IMG/VR virus record: IMGVR_UViG_3300045003_000166
Coordinates: 1-64,000 of that record
DNA length: 64,000 nt
Reading direction: 5' to 3' (one strand)
Source of the DNA: a virus
The position numbers and the translations under genes are program-made. The stretch's first letter is position 1; every line of letters starts with the position of its first letter. A model generated the notes under the pieces. The model worked only from the letters and a program-made list of their open reading frames with translations, had not been told where the DNA came from and ran no database searches. Below, piece after piece: positions 26,712 to 36,428 of the stretch.

Positions 26712-27316
26712 CCGAGGATCGCTTTCAGGGAGGCCAGGAAGCCGGAAAACTCGGGGTCCGTGTACTCCAGCAGCGCGACGTCGACCGCCGCCTGTGCGGT
26801 CTTCAGCTTCAGCTCCAGGTCCTCGGCCGCCACCTGCTCGGCGTCCCGGTCCGCGCAGTGCGCACTGCACCGGTCCCGGAATTCCTCGAACTCCTGGCGC
26901 AGGGCGAGCAGCTCGTCCGTCTTGTCGGCGGCGAGCCGGGCGCGGCGGTTCAGCTCCTCGAGCAGCTCGGTCGCGTACTGCGCCGAGTCCCGCATCCAGC
27001 GCGCCACCGGGTTGTCGATGTCGCGGAACGTCTTGGTGTCGTAGTCGGAACGCGGGACCATGCACTCCTTGGCGTCTTTGAGGATCGCCAGACCCTGGCC
27101 GACGTCGACCGGGAACACCGGCTGCGCGCCCTGCATGCCGATGCGCCGGAAGTGCATCACGCTCTTCCACCCGCCGCGGACGGTGCACAGGAACGGGCCG
27201 CCGTTCGTGTCGCCCCGCCAGTGCCACGGCGGAGCGGGGACTGCGCGCAAGGCCGCGAGGATCTCATCCAGCCGGGCGGCCGTCATCCCCTCCCCGGAGC
27301 CGTACCGGGTGGTCAC
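26708..27316 (-). CDS. hypothetical protein with C-terminal coiled coil
   Basis: GTGA-coupled; PAPPWHWRG. Confidence 0.6.
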   Translation of the reverse strand: MTTRYGSGEGMTAARLDEILAALRAVPAPPWHWRGDTNGGPFLCTVRGGWKSVMHFRRIGMQGAQPVFPVDVGQGLAILKDAKECMVPRSDYDTKTFRDIDNPVARWMRDSAQYATELLEELNRRARLAADKTDELLALRQEFEEFRDRCSAHCADRDAEQVAAEDLELKLKTAQAAVDVALLEYTDPEFSGFLASLKAILG

Positions 27317-27508
27317 GAACCCACCGTGGGAACGCGGCCGACCACACCCCGGCCGTCCACCTCGAGGATGTCGCCCACCCGGGCGAAAGACACCGCGCTG
27401 TCGTCGGACAGGGCGTACACAACACCGCGGCCCTGCACGGGCGCGGCGCGGTATCCCAGCGCCTGCAGCCACCTGGCCGCATCCTGCGCGCCCTCGATCA
27501 GGTAGTCC

Positions 27509-27769
27509 TCACTCACCGTCGTCCCCCTTCTCCTGGCTGTCGTAGTCGAGCAGTTCGTCGACGGCGATCCCGAGCGCGTCGGCGAGGGCTTTGAGCACGG
27601 GCGCGGACGGCTTGCGGTCGCCGCACTCCAGGTGCGTGATCGTGGTGCGCGACACCACACGCTCCGTGTCAGTGGTCCGGTCGGCCAGGCCGCCCTGGGT
27701 GAGACCGGCGCGCTCTCGTGCCTTGACCAGGCGCTCGGGACTGAAGGGGAGTGAGAGGGTGCGTGCCAC
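27509..27769 (-). CDS. Cro-like XRE HTH protein
   Basis: ARERAGLTQGGLA...SRTTITHLECGDRKPS...LADALG; divergent from the repressor. Confidence 0.85.
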   Translation of the reverse strand: MARTLSLPFSPERLVKARERAGLTQGGLADRTTDTERVVSRTTITHLECGDRKPSAPVLKALADALGIAVDELLDYDSQEKGDDGE

Positions 27770-27780
27770 TCCGGAAAAAT

Positions 27781-27880
27781 ACCGCACATCACCGCACATC
27801 ACAAGCGACGAGCGGTGTTCAACCAACAGTCCTCGACCTAAGTCTCTATGTGCGCTAAGGTGCGCCTAAGTGCGCTTATC
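27781..27880. promoter_or_regulatory. divergent immunity control region with direct repeats
   Basis: ACCGCACATC x2 (27781-27800); TGCGC(C)TAAG-like x3 (27850-27879). Confidence 0.6.
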
Positions 27881-27895
27881 CCGAGGAGCACACTC

Positions 27896-28294
27896 ATGGA
27901 AAACCCCATCAAGCACATCGCGGACGCAGTGGAGGATCGCCGTCTGGAGATCGGCCTCAAGAAGCAGGACGTGGCCACCCGCGCAGGAGTCACCCCCTCC
28001 TACCTGCGCAGAGTTCTCAACGGCGACCATCCGATGAGTGCAGACGTGAAAGCAGGCCTCGAACGGGCGCTCCAGTGGCCCTTCGGCTACATCGACCGCA
28101 TCCCCGGACCGCGCAAACCGCCTGCCGCTCCGCCCCCGGGCAGCAGGTATACCCAGGCCGAATGGGACGCACTCGATCCGTCAGACCGGCTGCTCATCGC
28201 GGACATCCAGCACAAACTGGACGAACGCAAAGCCAATGCAACTGCACACAAGGGCGACCACCCAACTGAGCGACGACGCGCACGCGGTGCGTGA
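27896..28294 (+). CDS. CI-like XRE repressor
   Basis: GAGGAG RBS; RRLEIGLKKQDVATRAGVTPSYLRRVLNG. Confidence 0.8.
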   Translation: MENPIKHIADAVEDRRLEIGLKKQDVATRAGVTPSYLRRVLNGDHPMSADVKAGLERALQWPFGYIDRIPGPRKPPAAPPPGSRYTQAEWDALDPSDRLLIADIQHKLDERKANATAHKGDHPTERRRARGA

Positions 28295-28308
28295 GTAAAC
28301 TAGATTGA

Positions 28309-29028
28309 ATGATTGTCGGTCTTTTCATAGCTCTAGGAGCTACTTTCATCGCATCGCTGCTCGGCATCGGACTTCTGTTGCGTGAAATGCGCCGAAACCG
28401 ACGGATACTGTCCGCCCGGCTCGACGCCCACGCCGAGGCGCTGCGGATGCTGGCCGAGCTCGTGAAAGCGGAACTGCCCCAGGAGCCGAAACCGCCACAA
28501 CGGCCCGAGTTCACCGTGTACAAGGGTGGCAAGACCCTTCTTTCCCTGGCCGCGCTGGCGGGCACCACCGCGGCCGGGTGGGGCGGTCGGCATCTGCGGG
28601 TCGTAGCCGGCACGAGCGTCGCCACGGCGCTCGCAGCGGCCGTTGCCGGAATACTCGTCGTCGGCTCGGGGCACGGGTCGCGGCAAGCCGGCCGAGTGCC
28701 CGTCACGCCGCCTACGGCTTCTTCGACACCGTCCACGCCACCGTCCGCTATCCCTCCGTCGAACTCTTCCACCGCCGTCCCCGGGACCAGACCGGCGCCA
28801 GGCTCGAGCAGCATCCCCATGGTCCCGATCGGTATGCGCCGCCGTCCGCCGCGTCCGTCCCCAAGCGCGAGCGGGCCCGGACGCAGTTCCGTGCCCGGGC
28901 CGTCGCCCTCGGTATCGGTGCCTGTGACGGCTGGGGGTCCGCCGTCATCTCCGTCGCCGAGTCCCACCTGCGCACTCAAACTGGTGCTCGACCCAGTTCG
29001 GCTGGTGTACGTGCAGGTGTGCGTCTAG
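28309..29028 (+). CDS. membrane protein with Pro/Ser-rich tail (lysogeny-expressed candidate)
   Basis: N-terminal TM, second hydrophobic segment; co-oriented with the repressor. Confidence 0.55.
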   Translation: MIVGLFIALGATFIASLLGIGLLLREMRRNRRILSARLDAHAEALRMLAELVKAELPQEPKPPQRPEFTVYKGGKTLLSLAALAGTTAAGWGGRHLRVVAGTSVATALAAAVAGILVVGSGHGSRQAGRVPVTPPTASSTPSTPPSAIPPSNSSTAVPGTRPAPGSSSIPMVPIGMRRRPPRPSPSASGPGRSSVPGPSPSVSVPVTAGGPPSSPSPSPTCALKLVLDPVRLVYVQVCV

Positions 29029-29468
29029 CCGTCGGTTTCGACCAGCTGGCGCCGGCACCTTCGGGCAGTACCGCGTCCGCTGGAACACTCTCCGTCCCGC
29101 GTGCGACCAGGACGACCACTCGCCGGGGACGTGTCCGATGAGGAAGCAGAGCAGCTTCCTCACTTCTGAAGCTGGGGGACGTTCGCGTAGGTGGGGATGG
29201 GGGCGTTGGAGACCAGGGACGGCATGTCGGTCTCCACCAGGGGCCCCGCCGACCGTCCTGAAGAACACGCCCATCGAACCGCCCTCGTCTGACCCGTAGG
29301 AGCCGTCGTCACGAACGTCGCCGCAGGTTGGCCTTCACGATCAGCAATACCGTCATCAGAAGGCTGCTGACCTTGCACGCCTGCGCGACGATGATCGTCT
29401 GGCTGCCGCCTCTCTTCTGCAGCATCGTTCTTCCTTTCAAGTGCCGTGCCCGTTATAGGCACTTTGCG

Positions 29469-29498
29469 ATACTAGGGAAGGGTGTGACTATCTGTCAA
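29469..29498 (-). promoter_or_regulatory. motif promoter
   Basis: TTGACAGATAGTCAC, 18-nt spacer, TAGTAT. Confidence 0.7.
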
Positions 29499-29894
29499 CA
29501 CGAGCCGGGCGGGCGGATTGATCAGGTACAGGCCGAGCCGGAAGAAGGCTTCCGCGTCGTCGCGCAGATGGCCGATGGCCCGGTTACATCCGGAACACAG
29601 CAGTCCTCGAACTTCCCCCGTAGTGTGGTCGTGGTCGACGGCGAGTTTCTTCGTGCGCCCGGTGGCACGGCGGCACCCCGCGCACCGGCCATTTTGTGCG
29701 GCGTACAGCCGCTCGTAGTCCCCGGGACCGAGGCCGTAGACCGCTCGGACCTTGCGGTCGTGTTCCGCGGCCCGGCGCAGAGCGGTGACCTTGCGGTGAT
29801 GTGTCACGCACCTAGGTCCGGGGTGAGGCGCCGGCCGCTTGGTCGTGATGCCCTCAGCCGCACAGTCCTTGCAGGGCTTCGGCTGTGTGGTCAC
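29472..29894 (-). CDS. endonuclease VII-like (Holliday junction resolvase family)
   Basis: QNGRCAGC...LAVDHDH..GEVRGLLCSGCN. Confidence 0.9.
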   Translation of the reverse strand: MTTQPKPCKDCAAEGITTKRPAPHPGPRCVTHHRKVTALRRAAEHDRKVRAVYGLGPGDYERLYAAQNGRCAGCRRATGRTKKLAVDHDHTTGEVRGLLCSGCNRAIGHLRDDAEAFFRLGLYLINPPARLVLTDSHTLP

Positions 29895-32800
29895 ACCGCG
29901 GCCTTCGCCGCCGCGTTCTTCTCCGCCTGCTTGGACGTCATCCACCGGCTTACCCCGTGTTCGTCAATCAGGGGGACAGCGGACGCGCTGATCGGCACGC
30001 CGAGGAAGTCGAACCGCATCGCGGTCTCGATGGCGGCGGTCATCTCCTCCACCCGTTCCTCGGGAACCTCGAGGACGAGTTCGTCGTGCACCGGGTACCA
30101 CACCGCGTCCGCGTAGCCGAGCTCGGCCGCGAAGTAGAACCAGGCGTCCACCAGGAGGTCTCGGCTGGAGGACTGCACTTCGTAATTGATATTGGCGTAG
30201 GAGGCCAGGTCGCCGCTCGCCCAGCGCTTGACCGGGATGCGGCGTCGGCTGACCGTACGGATGCTGTCACGGAACTGGGCTAGTTCACGGGTCAGATCGG
30301 CGATAGCCGGATACCGTTCCCGGTAGCCGGAGACGATCTGCTGAGCGGCCTCGAGTGGGATGTTCGCCTGTTGGGAGAGCGCCTTCCCACCCCCGCCGTA
30401 CACGACTAAGAATCCTGTCATCTTCCCGACATCACGAGTGATCTCGATGTCCATGGCGGCCAACTCGTCCACGGTGAGCTGGTGCAGGTCGCCTCCGGCC
30501 AGGATGACCTCGATCATCTTCTGCTCGCCAGCCAGCGCGGCTACGACGCGCAATTCGATCTGGTCGAAGTCGGCGGTCAGCAGGATGTTGCCGTCGTCCG
30601 GGATGAGGCACCCGCGCATCCGCGGGTCCTTCTTGCTGAAGTTCTGGAAGTTGGGACCGGCCGACGACATGCGCCCGGTCACCGCACCGATCGTGTTCAG
30701 GACCGGGTGCACCCGTCCGTCGGGGGTGAGGTGCTCCCAGACGCCCTTGGTCTTGTTGAGCATGTCCTGGTGGCCCTTGAACCGGATCAGCTGCTCGGCC
30801 GCGGTCCGGCCGTCGGCGTCGAGCGGGTAGTCGAGCAGGAGCCTGACGTTCTCCTTAGCCAGGGAGGGCGCACCTCCCTCCGTCATTGCGCCGGGCCACG
30901 CGTTCCAGTCCACGCCGTGCTCGGCCAGGTATCCCTGGATCCTCGGGGAGCGGGCCGGGGTGCCGCCGGTCAGCTCCTTGATGACCGCCTCCGCCTCCCC
31001 CGTCTCCCGCGCGGCCTCGTCGGTCAGCTCCTGCAGCATCTCCCGGTCCACGCGCATGCCGCGGGCGCGGATCCGGGCGGCCTGCCCGGTCAGCCAGGAC
31101 TCGGTGCGCAGCAGGGTGGCCGGCGCCTGGGTGGCGGGGACGAGCAGGTCGGCCAGTCGCCGGGCAGCCACCGTGTCAAGGCCCGCGTAGACCAGGTAGG
31201 CCGGGTCGTCGATCGGGATGTTCGCCCAGCCGAAGGCCTCGACGTCGGCCTTCTTGGCGTTCTTCCGCCCGGTCCAGATCTCACGGAACCGCTCGTGAAG
31301 GACCTTTTCCCCCGCCTCCACCTGCGGCATCCCCCAGGAGGTGGCCAGGGTCTTGAGGTCTTTGCCGCCCAGTTTGTCGTCGGGCGCGGCCATGGAGGCG
31401 AGCGTCTTCGTGTCGACGAACCGCTGCGTGATGTCCACGCCGAGGAAAGTCAGCGCGCCCATCGGGTCGATGTCGGTGTGGGAGCAGAAGGACACGGTCT
31501 CGTCGGACAGCAGCTCGACGACGGCGGCGCGCTGCTCGTCGTCGTCCATCCGCAGGACCCAGGCGTAGCCGGTGGTGGCGACCTGGACCAGGCGCAGGCG
31601 GTAGTCCGGATCCCACGGCCCGAGGTCGGTCAGGGCGGTGGACTCGACGTCGAGGCCGTAGAGGGCGCCCCCCGGGAAGCAGGCGCGGAACACCGCCGGG
31701 TCGAACTCCCCGGGCCGCGGCGCGTGGATCACCGCCTCGCCCTGTCCGAGCGGGACGGTGAAGGTCCTCATGCCCGCGTCGTGCGCAGCAGGGTCAGCGG
31801 ATGGCAGGTGGGGCAGCGGTAGATCAGCTCGGCCGGCGGCACCGGGGTCAGGGTCGTTCCGCACGTCTCGCAGTCGATCGGGGGAAGGGTCGCCGCCAGG
31901 GGGAGCAGCCGGTCGATCGGCAGCCGCGGCCGTGTGCTCGGTTCGCTCATCGTCGCGTCCTGTACTAGCTACTAGTTTGGGAGCAACTGGTAGATCACTA
32001 GCAGGTGAGCTACCAGACGGTGCCGCGGCCGGCTTAGGTGAAGCCAGCACCGACGGCGCGGGTTCAGCGGGGGTCAGCTCGCTATGAGCAGGCGAAGTGC
32101 CAACTGAAACGGCGGTTTGGTTGGAACCGCTCGGTTCAGGGCCAACTGAACTTGGTGCTGTGGGTTCAGGGTTCGGGCCGCTTCCCTGACTGCCGAACAG
32201 GTCGTCTTGCTCACCCGAGTCGGGCCCGACGATCGCCCACTTGGTGACCCGGCCGTGGCCGGTGCCGTCGGTCTTCAGCAGCACGAAGCCGTCGATGTTG
32301 CGGTCCCGCGTCCGCGCGTAGGCGTAGCCGAGCTGGCGCGGGTAGGACTTGCCGGAGGTGTCCTCCAGGCCCGGCGGGTGCTCGGCCACCGGGTCTCGGT
32401 CCAGAGCCCTGATCACCTGGGCGGAGGTGAAGCGGTCGTCGCCGAAGGTCCTGCGCAGCCAGGCCAGGTGCTCGCCCCAGTGCGCGCGCTCGAAGTCGGA
32501 TTCGGAGCGCTTCACCTTCACGTTGTCCAGGAACCCGGGCACTCCGATATGGGCGAGGACACCGGCCAGCAGCTGCTGCCACTTCTCGAACGAGCCGAAC
32601 GAGTCGGTGCGCACCCAGGGCTTCCCGGCCGCGAACCAGGAGCGCACCAGGGTGAGGCACGCGGCCACCAGCGCGGCGCGGTTCTCGTGCGCCCAGTCGC
32701 GCAGGTCCGGATGCTTGAAGTCGGACGACGGCCGGTTCTCCGGGCTCGCGCCCGGGTATGACAGGGTGATGAAATAGCAGCGGCGCCCCATGTCGCCCGC

Positions 32801-34492
32801 AACCTCCACCCGGTTGCCGAGCGACATCCAGGTGATGCGGTTGGGGAAGTCCACCAGGTTGGACACTCCCAGGACGCGGTCCTGGTAGGTGACGGAGGTC
32901 AGCGCCCGGGCGAACGACGGGCCGTCGAGCTTGTGCGCCTCGTCGAAGACGAACAGCTCCGCGCCGGACCGGAACGCCGAGGTGATCACCTTGCGCTGTT
33001 CGGCGTCGTCGGTCGTGTACGGCAGCGGCTGACAGGCCTGCCCGGTGGCGACGATGGACACGGCGTCCGCGAACAGGTTCTTGCCGGAGCCGGCCTCCTT
33101 GCCGTCCACCACGGCGAGCGGCGCGAGCGGCACTAGTCCGCGGATGAACGGGGTGAGCAACAGCGCGAGCGCGCCGGCCCGCGACGCGTCGTCGGGGAAG
33201 GGGAAGCCCTCCAGCAAGTCATCGAAGATCAGGGACTTGGCCGCGGCCACGTCCTGCGCCGTGGGCTCGTCCGGCACCTTCACGTCCGCCAGATCGTCGG
33301 ACAGCATCAGGTAGGTGCACGTGGCCTCGTCGTAGCCGGGCTCCTGCACGAGCGACCCGTCGGCGCGCAGGTACGGCACGCGGCTGATCCGCTCCAACCT
33401 CGCGAACTCGCCGGGCTCGGACATGACGGCGCCGAGTGTCCGGTCGTCCGGCCACGCGTCCACGTCCACCGCCTCCTCCCCCGCGCCGGACCGGGCGACG
33501 GTGCGCGCCGTCTCCGCGATCAGCCGGGCGAAGGCGTCCTTGTGCAGGGGGATCGTCGTGGCGCCGCGGCGCACTGTGGGGATGCCGCCGAAGTCGAAGA
33601 GCCTGGTGCCGCTCCACCGCTCCCTCAGGGCGTCGGTCAGCTCCCTGATGACGCGCAGCTTGTCGCCGTTGACGACCAGCGTCGGGCGCCCGTCGTCCTC
33701 CACCTCCTGCGCCCCCGCGCGCTTCTTCGCGGAGGCCTTCGGCTTCGTGTCCGCGGGCCGCGCGCCCTTCACCCCCGACGCCGCGGCCTTTTCGATCATG
33801 TTGGCGAGCATCGGGCCGCGCCGGTCGTGCGGCTGGCCACCCAGGACGTCGTCGAGGCCGGCCTTCTTGCCCGCCCCCATCCGCACGAACCGCACGCTGC
33901 GCGCGCCCTGGTCGGTCAGCGCCTCGGCCAGAGCGCAGCCGGCGTTGTAGACCTCCAGGTTGGTGGCGGCGTCGGCGTCGAGGATCACGATCACGTCGCG
34001 CCCCTCGGCCACCGCCAGGTGCGGGGTGGGTACGCCGTCCTGCGACCACATCCGGCAGCCGCCGATGCCGTAGACCGCGGTGCCCTCGGGAGCGTAGGAC
34101 GCGGCAGCCAGGGTCTGCTTGGTTCCTTCGACGATGAGCATGCGCCCCGCGCCGTCCTGCGGGCGCGCCGCCCAGAGCTTCGCCGCGGCGTCCCTGCCCC
34201 ACAGGTACTTGGCCGGCTTGCCGTGCGCGTCCTTGATCCTGCCGTCCGGGACGCGCAACTGGCGGCGCACCGCGCCGTCCGGCTCGGTCCAGGGGTACAG
34301 CAGGGCGGGAACCGCCTGGTCGCCGTGGTGGGCGAACTCCTCGGGCAGCTGGTCGGCTGTCATCACCGACCGCACGCCGTGCGCGGCGGCGACGTGGGGC
34401 AGGATGCCGTGCCCGGCGAGGTACACCGCGTGTGTCGGATCGATGGGCAGGCCGTCCCAGCCCGGTTCGATCTCGTCAGACACCGCGGTCAC
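29891..34492 (-). CDS. TOPRIM primase / NTPase / family A DNA polymerase fusion
   Basis: IVEGTK and ILDAD TOPRIM motifs; GKEAGSGKN Walker A; exonuclease LDVEST; PolA TGRMSSAGPNFQN, ADFDQIELR, VHDEL. Confidence 0.88.
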   Translation of the reverse strand: MTAVSDEIEPGWDGLPIDPTHAVYLAGHGILPHVAAAHGVRSVMTADQLPEEFAHHGDQAVPALLYPWTEPDGAVRRQLRVPDGRIKDAHGKPAKYLWGRDAAAKLWAARPQDGAGRMLIVEGTKQTLAAASYAPEGTAVYGIGGCRMWSQDGVPTPHLAVAEGRDVIVILDADAATNLEVYNAGCALAEALTDQGARSVRFVRMGAGKKAGLDDVLGGQPHDRRGPMLANMIEKAAASGVKGARPADTKPKASAKKRAGAQEVEDDGRPTLVVNGDKLRVIRELTDALRERWSGTRLFDFGGIPTVRRGATTIPLHKDAFARLIAETARTVARSGAGEEAVDVDAWPDDRTLGAVMSEPGEFARLERISRVPYLRADGSLVQEPGYDEATCTYLMLSDDLADVKVPDEPTAQDVAAAKSLIFDDLLEGFPFPDDASRAGALALLLTPFIRGLVPLAPLAVVDGKEAGSGKNLFADAVSIVATGQACQPLPYTTDDAEQRKVITSAFRSGAELFVFDEAHKLDGPSFARALTSVTYQDRVLGVSNLVDFPNRITWMSLGNRVEVAGDMGRRCYFITLSYPGASPENRPSSDFKHPDLRDWAHENRAALVAACLTLVRSWFAAGKPWVRTDSFGSFEKWQQLLAGVLAHIGVPGFLDNVKVKRSESDFERAHWGEHLAWLRRTFGDDRFTSAQVIRALDRDPVAEHPPGLEDTSGKSYPRQLGYAYARTRDRNIDGFVLLKTDGTGHGRVTKWAIVGPDSGEQDDLFGSQGSGPNPEPTAPSSVGPEPSGSNQTAVSVGTSPAHSELTPAEPAPSVLASPKPAAAPSGSSPASDLPVAPKLVASTGRDDERTEHTAAAADRPAAPPGGDPSPDRLRDVRNDPDPGAAGRADLPLPHLPSADPAAHDAGMRTFTVPLGQGEAVIHAPRPGEFDPAVFRACFPGGALYGLDVESTALTDLGPWDPDYRLRLVQVATTGYAWVLRMDDDEQRAAVVELLSDETVSFCSHTDIDPMGALTFLGVDITQRFVDTKTLASMAAPDDKLGGKDLKTLATSWGMPQVEAGEKVLHERFREIWTGRKNAKKADVEAFGWANIPIDDPAYLVYAGLDTVAARRLADLLVPATQAPATLLRTESWLTGQAARIRARGMRVDREMLQELTDEAARETGEAEAVIKELTGGTPARSPRIQGYLAEHGVDWNAWPGAMTEGGAPSLAKENVRLLLDYPLDADGRTAAEQLIRFKGHQDMLNKTKGVWEHLTPDGRVHPVLNTIGAVTGRMSSAGPNFQNFSKKDPRMRGCLIPDDGNILLTADFDQIELRVVAALAGEQKMIEVILAGGDLHQLTVDELAAMDIEITRDVGKMTGFLVVYGGGGKALSQQANIPLEAAQQIVSGYRERYPAIADLTRELAQFRDSIRTVSRRRIPVKRWASGDLASYANINYEVQSSSRDLLVDAWFYFAAELGYADAVWYPVHDELVLEVPEERVEEMTAAIETAMRFDFLGVPISASAVPLIDEHGVSRWMTSKQAEKNAAAKAAV
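31768..31950 (-). CDS. overlapping small zinc-ribbon protein
   Basis: CETC...CPTC; AGGA RBS; stop overlaps the internal ATG of the polymerase moiety. Confidence 0.55.
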   Translation of the reverse strand: MSEPSTRPRLPIDRLLPLAATLPPIDCETCGTTLTPVPPAELIYRCPTCHPLTLLRTTRA

Positions 34493-34553
34493 CTCGCCTC
34501 ACACGGGCCCGGACGCTTGCACACCGGGCGGGGACGGTCTTGGATCTGAGGCG

Positions 34554-34586
34554 GCGCCCCCGCCTACTTGACCTAGGCGGGGGCGT
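34554..34586. terminator. hairpin terminator
   Basis: GCCCC(C)GCCTA...TAGGCGGGGC inverted repeat downstream of 34606. Confidence 0.6.
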
Positions 34587-34605
34587 CTCGTACTGCGGGT
34601 GGTGC

Positions 34606-35007
34606 CTACGCGAACGGGTCCTTCGGCGCGGTCAGGCTCGCGAGGTAGTCGCGGGCGACCTGCTTGTCCTCGTCGGTCGGCGTCTGCGGCACCCAGACCG
34701 GCTTGCCGTTCTCGTCCTTCTTGTTCGGGACGGTGACGATCCGGGCCAGCAGCATGTTGCGCTCCTGGCCGATCCGGCGGCTGAGCTCTCCGACGAAGAT
34801 CTTCTGGAAGATCCGGACGCTGTCCTCGCGGACCGGGGCGCCCGGCCCGTCCAGCACGACGATGTCGGTGAGGACCGCGTCGCTCTTGCCGTACTTGGTC
34901 TCGACGTCCTTCAGGTGCTCCTGGGGCGTGAACAGCACCAGGCGGTCCTTGAAGTCGGCCAGCTTCGTTCCGCCCGACGGGGCGGCGAAGGGGTCGGTGA
35001 CGGTCAT
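34606..35007 (-). CDS. putative ssDNA-binding / replication accessory protein
   Basis: Lies between exonuclease and primase; DPFA termini; function inferred from context only. Confidence 0.5.
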   Translation of the reverse strand: MTVTDPFAAPSGGTKLADFKDRLVLFTPQEHLKDVETKYGKSDAVLTDIVVLDGPGAPVREDSVRIFQKIFVGELSRRIGQERNMLLARIVTVPNKKDENGKPVWVPQTPTDEDKQVARDYLASLTAPKDPFA

Positions 35008-35082
35008 CGGTTCTCCTGTTCCTTGTCCTGTGTTGTGTATCAATGTCTTACTACAGGCGGTTCACAACGATACCGCCCGGTT

Positions 35083-36153
35083 TCACACCAGCGCCAGTTC
35101 CGCCTGTCGCTGCTTGCCGAGCTGCTCGAGCTCGGAAGTCCACTCGCCCGCGGCCGTGGCCTTCTTCCACACCGCGGACAGGTCCGCCTTGCTGCGCGCC
35201 GCGCCGATCAGGTCCTTGTACGTCGGCTCCGCGACGGGCGCCGCAGGCTGCTCGGGGCTGGCGCCGCCGATGAACACCGACCCGGCCAGCGCCCTGCGCT
35301 TGCGCCAGGCACGCACCTGCTCGCACAAGGTCGCCGCCTCCCAGCCGGCCTCGATGTCGACGGCGTACAGCGTCGCCTTCGCCTGCCCCACCGGGAGGTG
35401 CACGACCAGGCCGATGCGCTGGTCGACCGGAGGCATCGGCTCCCAGCGCTGCTCGCCGCCGTTCCAGATGCCCTCCGCGTGGGCGTAGAGGGCGAGCTGG
35501 ATCGCGATCTCGTTCCAGCCGTAACTCAGGTCCCTGCCGGTCTTCGTGTCGTCCACCACCCAGGTCCCCGCGGGCAGGTGGATCGGCTCACGGCCCGGCC
35601 GCTCCGCCGTCAGATCCTTGGCCAGGCACGCGATCCGGTCGAAGGTGCCGGCCACTTCGAACTGCGGAACGACGACGACGCGTTCGATGTGCTCGGGCAG
35701 GAAGGTGAGTCCCGCCTCCTGGACGAGCTGCTGGTAGGCGAGCACGTCCTGGTCCCAGGGCTGCGGGACGTCCGGTGTCTCGCCCCGGTCCACCGCCTCG
35801 GTGAAGGCGTGCAGCGCGGTGCCCAGGTTCGCCGCGCCCTTCGCGTTGGCTGCGGTCTTCGCGTCCTCCGCGATCTGGTTGAGCTTGTCCTTGTCGTCCA
35901 GCGGCGTGGCGGCCGTCAGGGCGAACAGGTCCGGGCGCAGCGCCAGGCCCTTGATCGCCATGCGTTCTCCCCACTTGCCCAGGGCGAAGGTGTCGCTGAT
36001 CGACTTGGCGAAGGTGGTGGCGCGCGTGTAGGCGGTCTCCTTCCCCTTGGCGTCGGTCAGGGGCGGCAGAAGGTAGCGACCCCAGCGGTCCCTCTTCGGC
36101 TCGTACGGATCGGTCTTCTTCACCCCGTCGGCGGCGGTGAACGGGTCGTTCAT
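35083..36153 (-). CDS. PD-(D/E)xK exonuclease (RecB/Cas4-like)
   Basis: GTALH, E...VAGTFDR, DTKTG, QLALY. Confidence 0.85.
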   Translation of the reverse strand: MNDPFTAADGVKKTDPYEPKRDRWGRYLLPPLTDAKGKETAYTRATTFAKSISDTFALGKWGERMAIKGLALRPDLFALTAATPLDDKDKLNQIAEDAKTAANAKGAANLGTALHAFTEAVDRGETPDVPQPWDQDVLAYQQLVQEAGLTFLPEHIERVVVVPQFEVAGTFDRIACLAKDLTAERPGREPIHLPAGTWVVDDTKTGRDLSYGWNEIAIQLALYAHAEGIWNGGEQRWEPMPPVDQRIGLVVHLPVGQAKATLYAVDIEAGWEAATLCEQVRAWRKRRALAGSVFIGGASPEQPAAPVAEPTYKDLIGAARSKADLSAVWKKATAAGEWTSELEQLGKQRQAELALV

Positions 36154-36428
36154 CAAGGCGTGCTCTCCTTCAACTGGATCGACAGGTTCTGGTACAGCTC
36201 GGCTCGACCGTCACCACTGCATGCAGCCAGGGCGTCGAGGGCGTCGATGCACAACTGGGCGTGGTAGTTGGACAGGTGCACGCCGCGTCCGATCGCGCAG
36301 TCGTTACCACGCAACTGGTTCCAGCGACGACGCAGCGCCGTCTGCTCGTCCTGGGTGAATGCGGACCCGTTGACATGGGCCAGCACGCCCTCGGCGAGGA
36401 TGCAGTCCAGATCGCGATCCGTGATCAC
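36153..36428 (-). CDS. hypothetical protein
   Basis: GTGA-coupled to the helicase. Confidence 0.45.
   Translation of the reverse strand: MITDRDLDCILAEGVLAHVNGSAFTQDEQTALRRRWNQLRGNDCAIGRGVHLSNYHAQLCIDALDALAACSGDGRAELYQNLSIQLKESTP

Noticed and set aside
35083-36153. Cas4-like nuclease as evidence of a CRISPR system
   Set aside because: Stand-alone RecB-family exonuclease in a replication/recombination module, common in actinophages.
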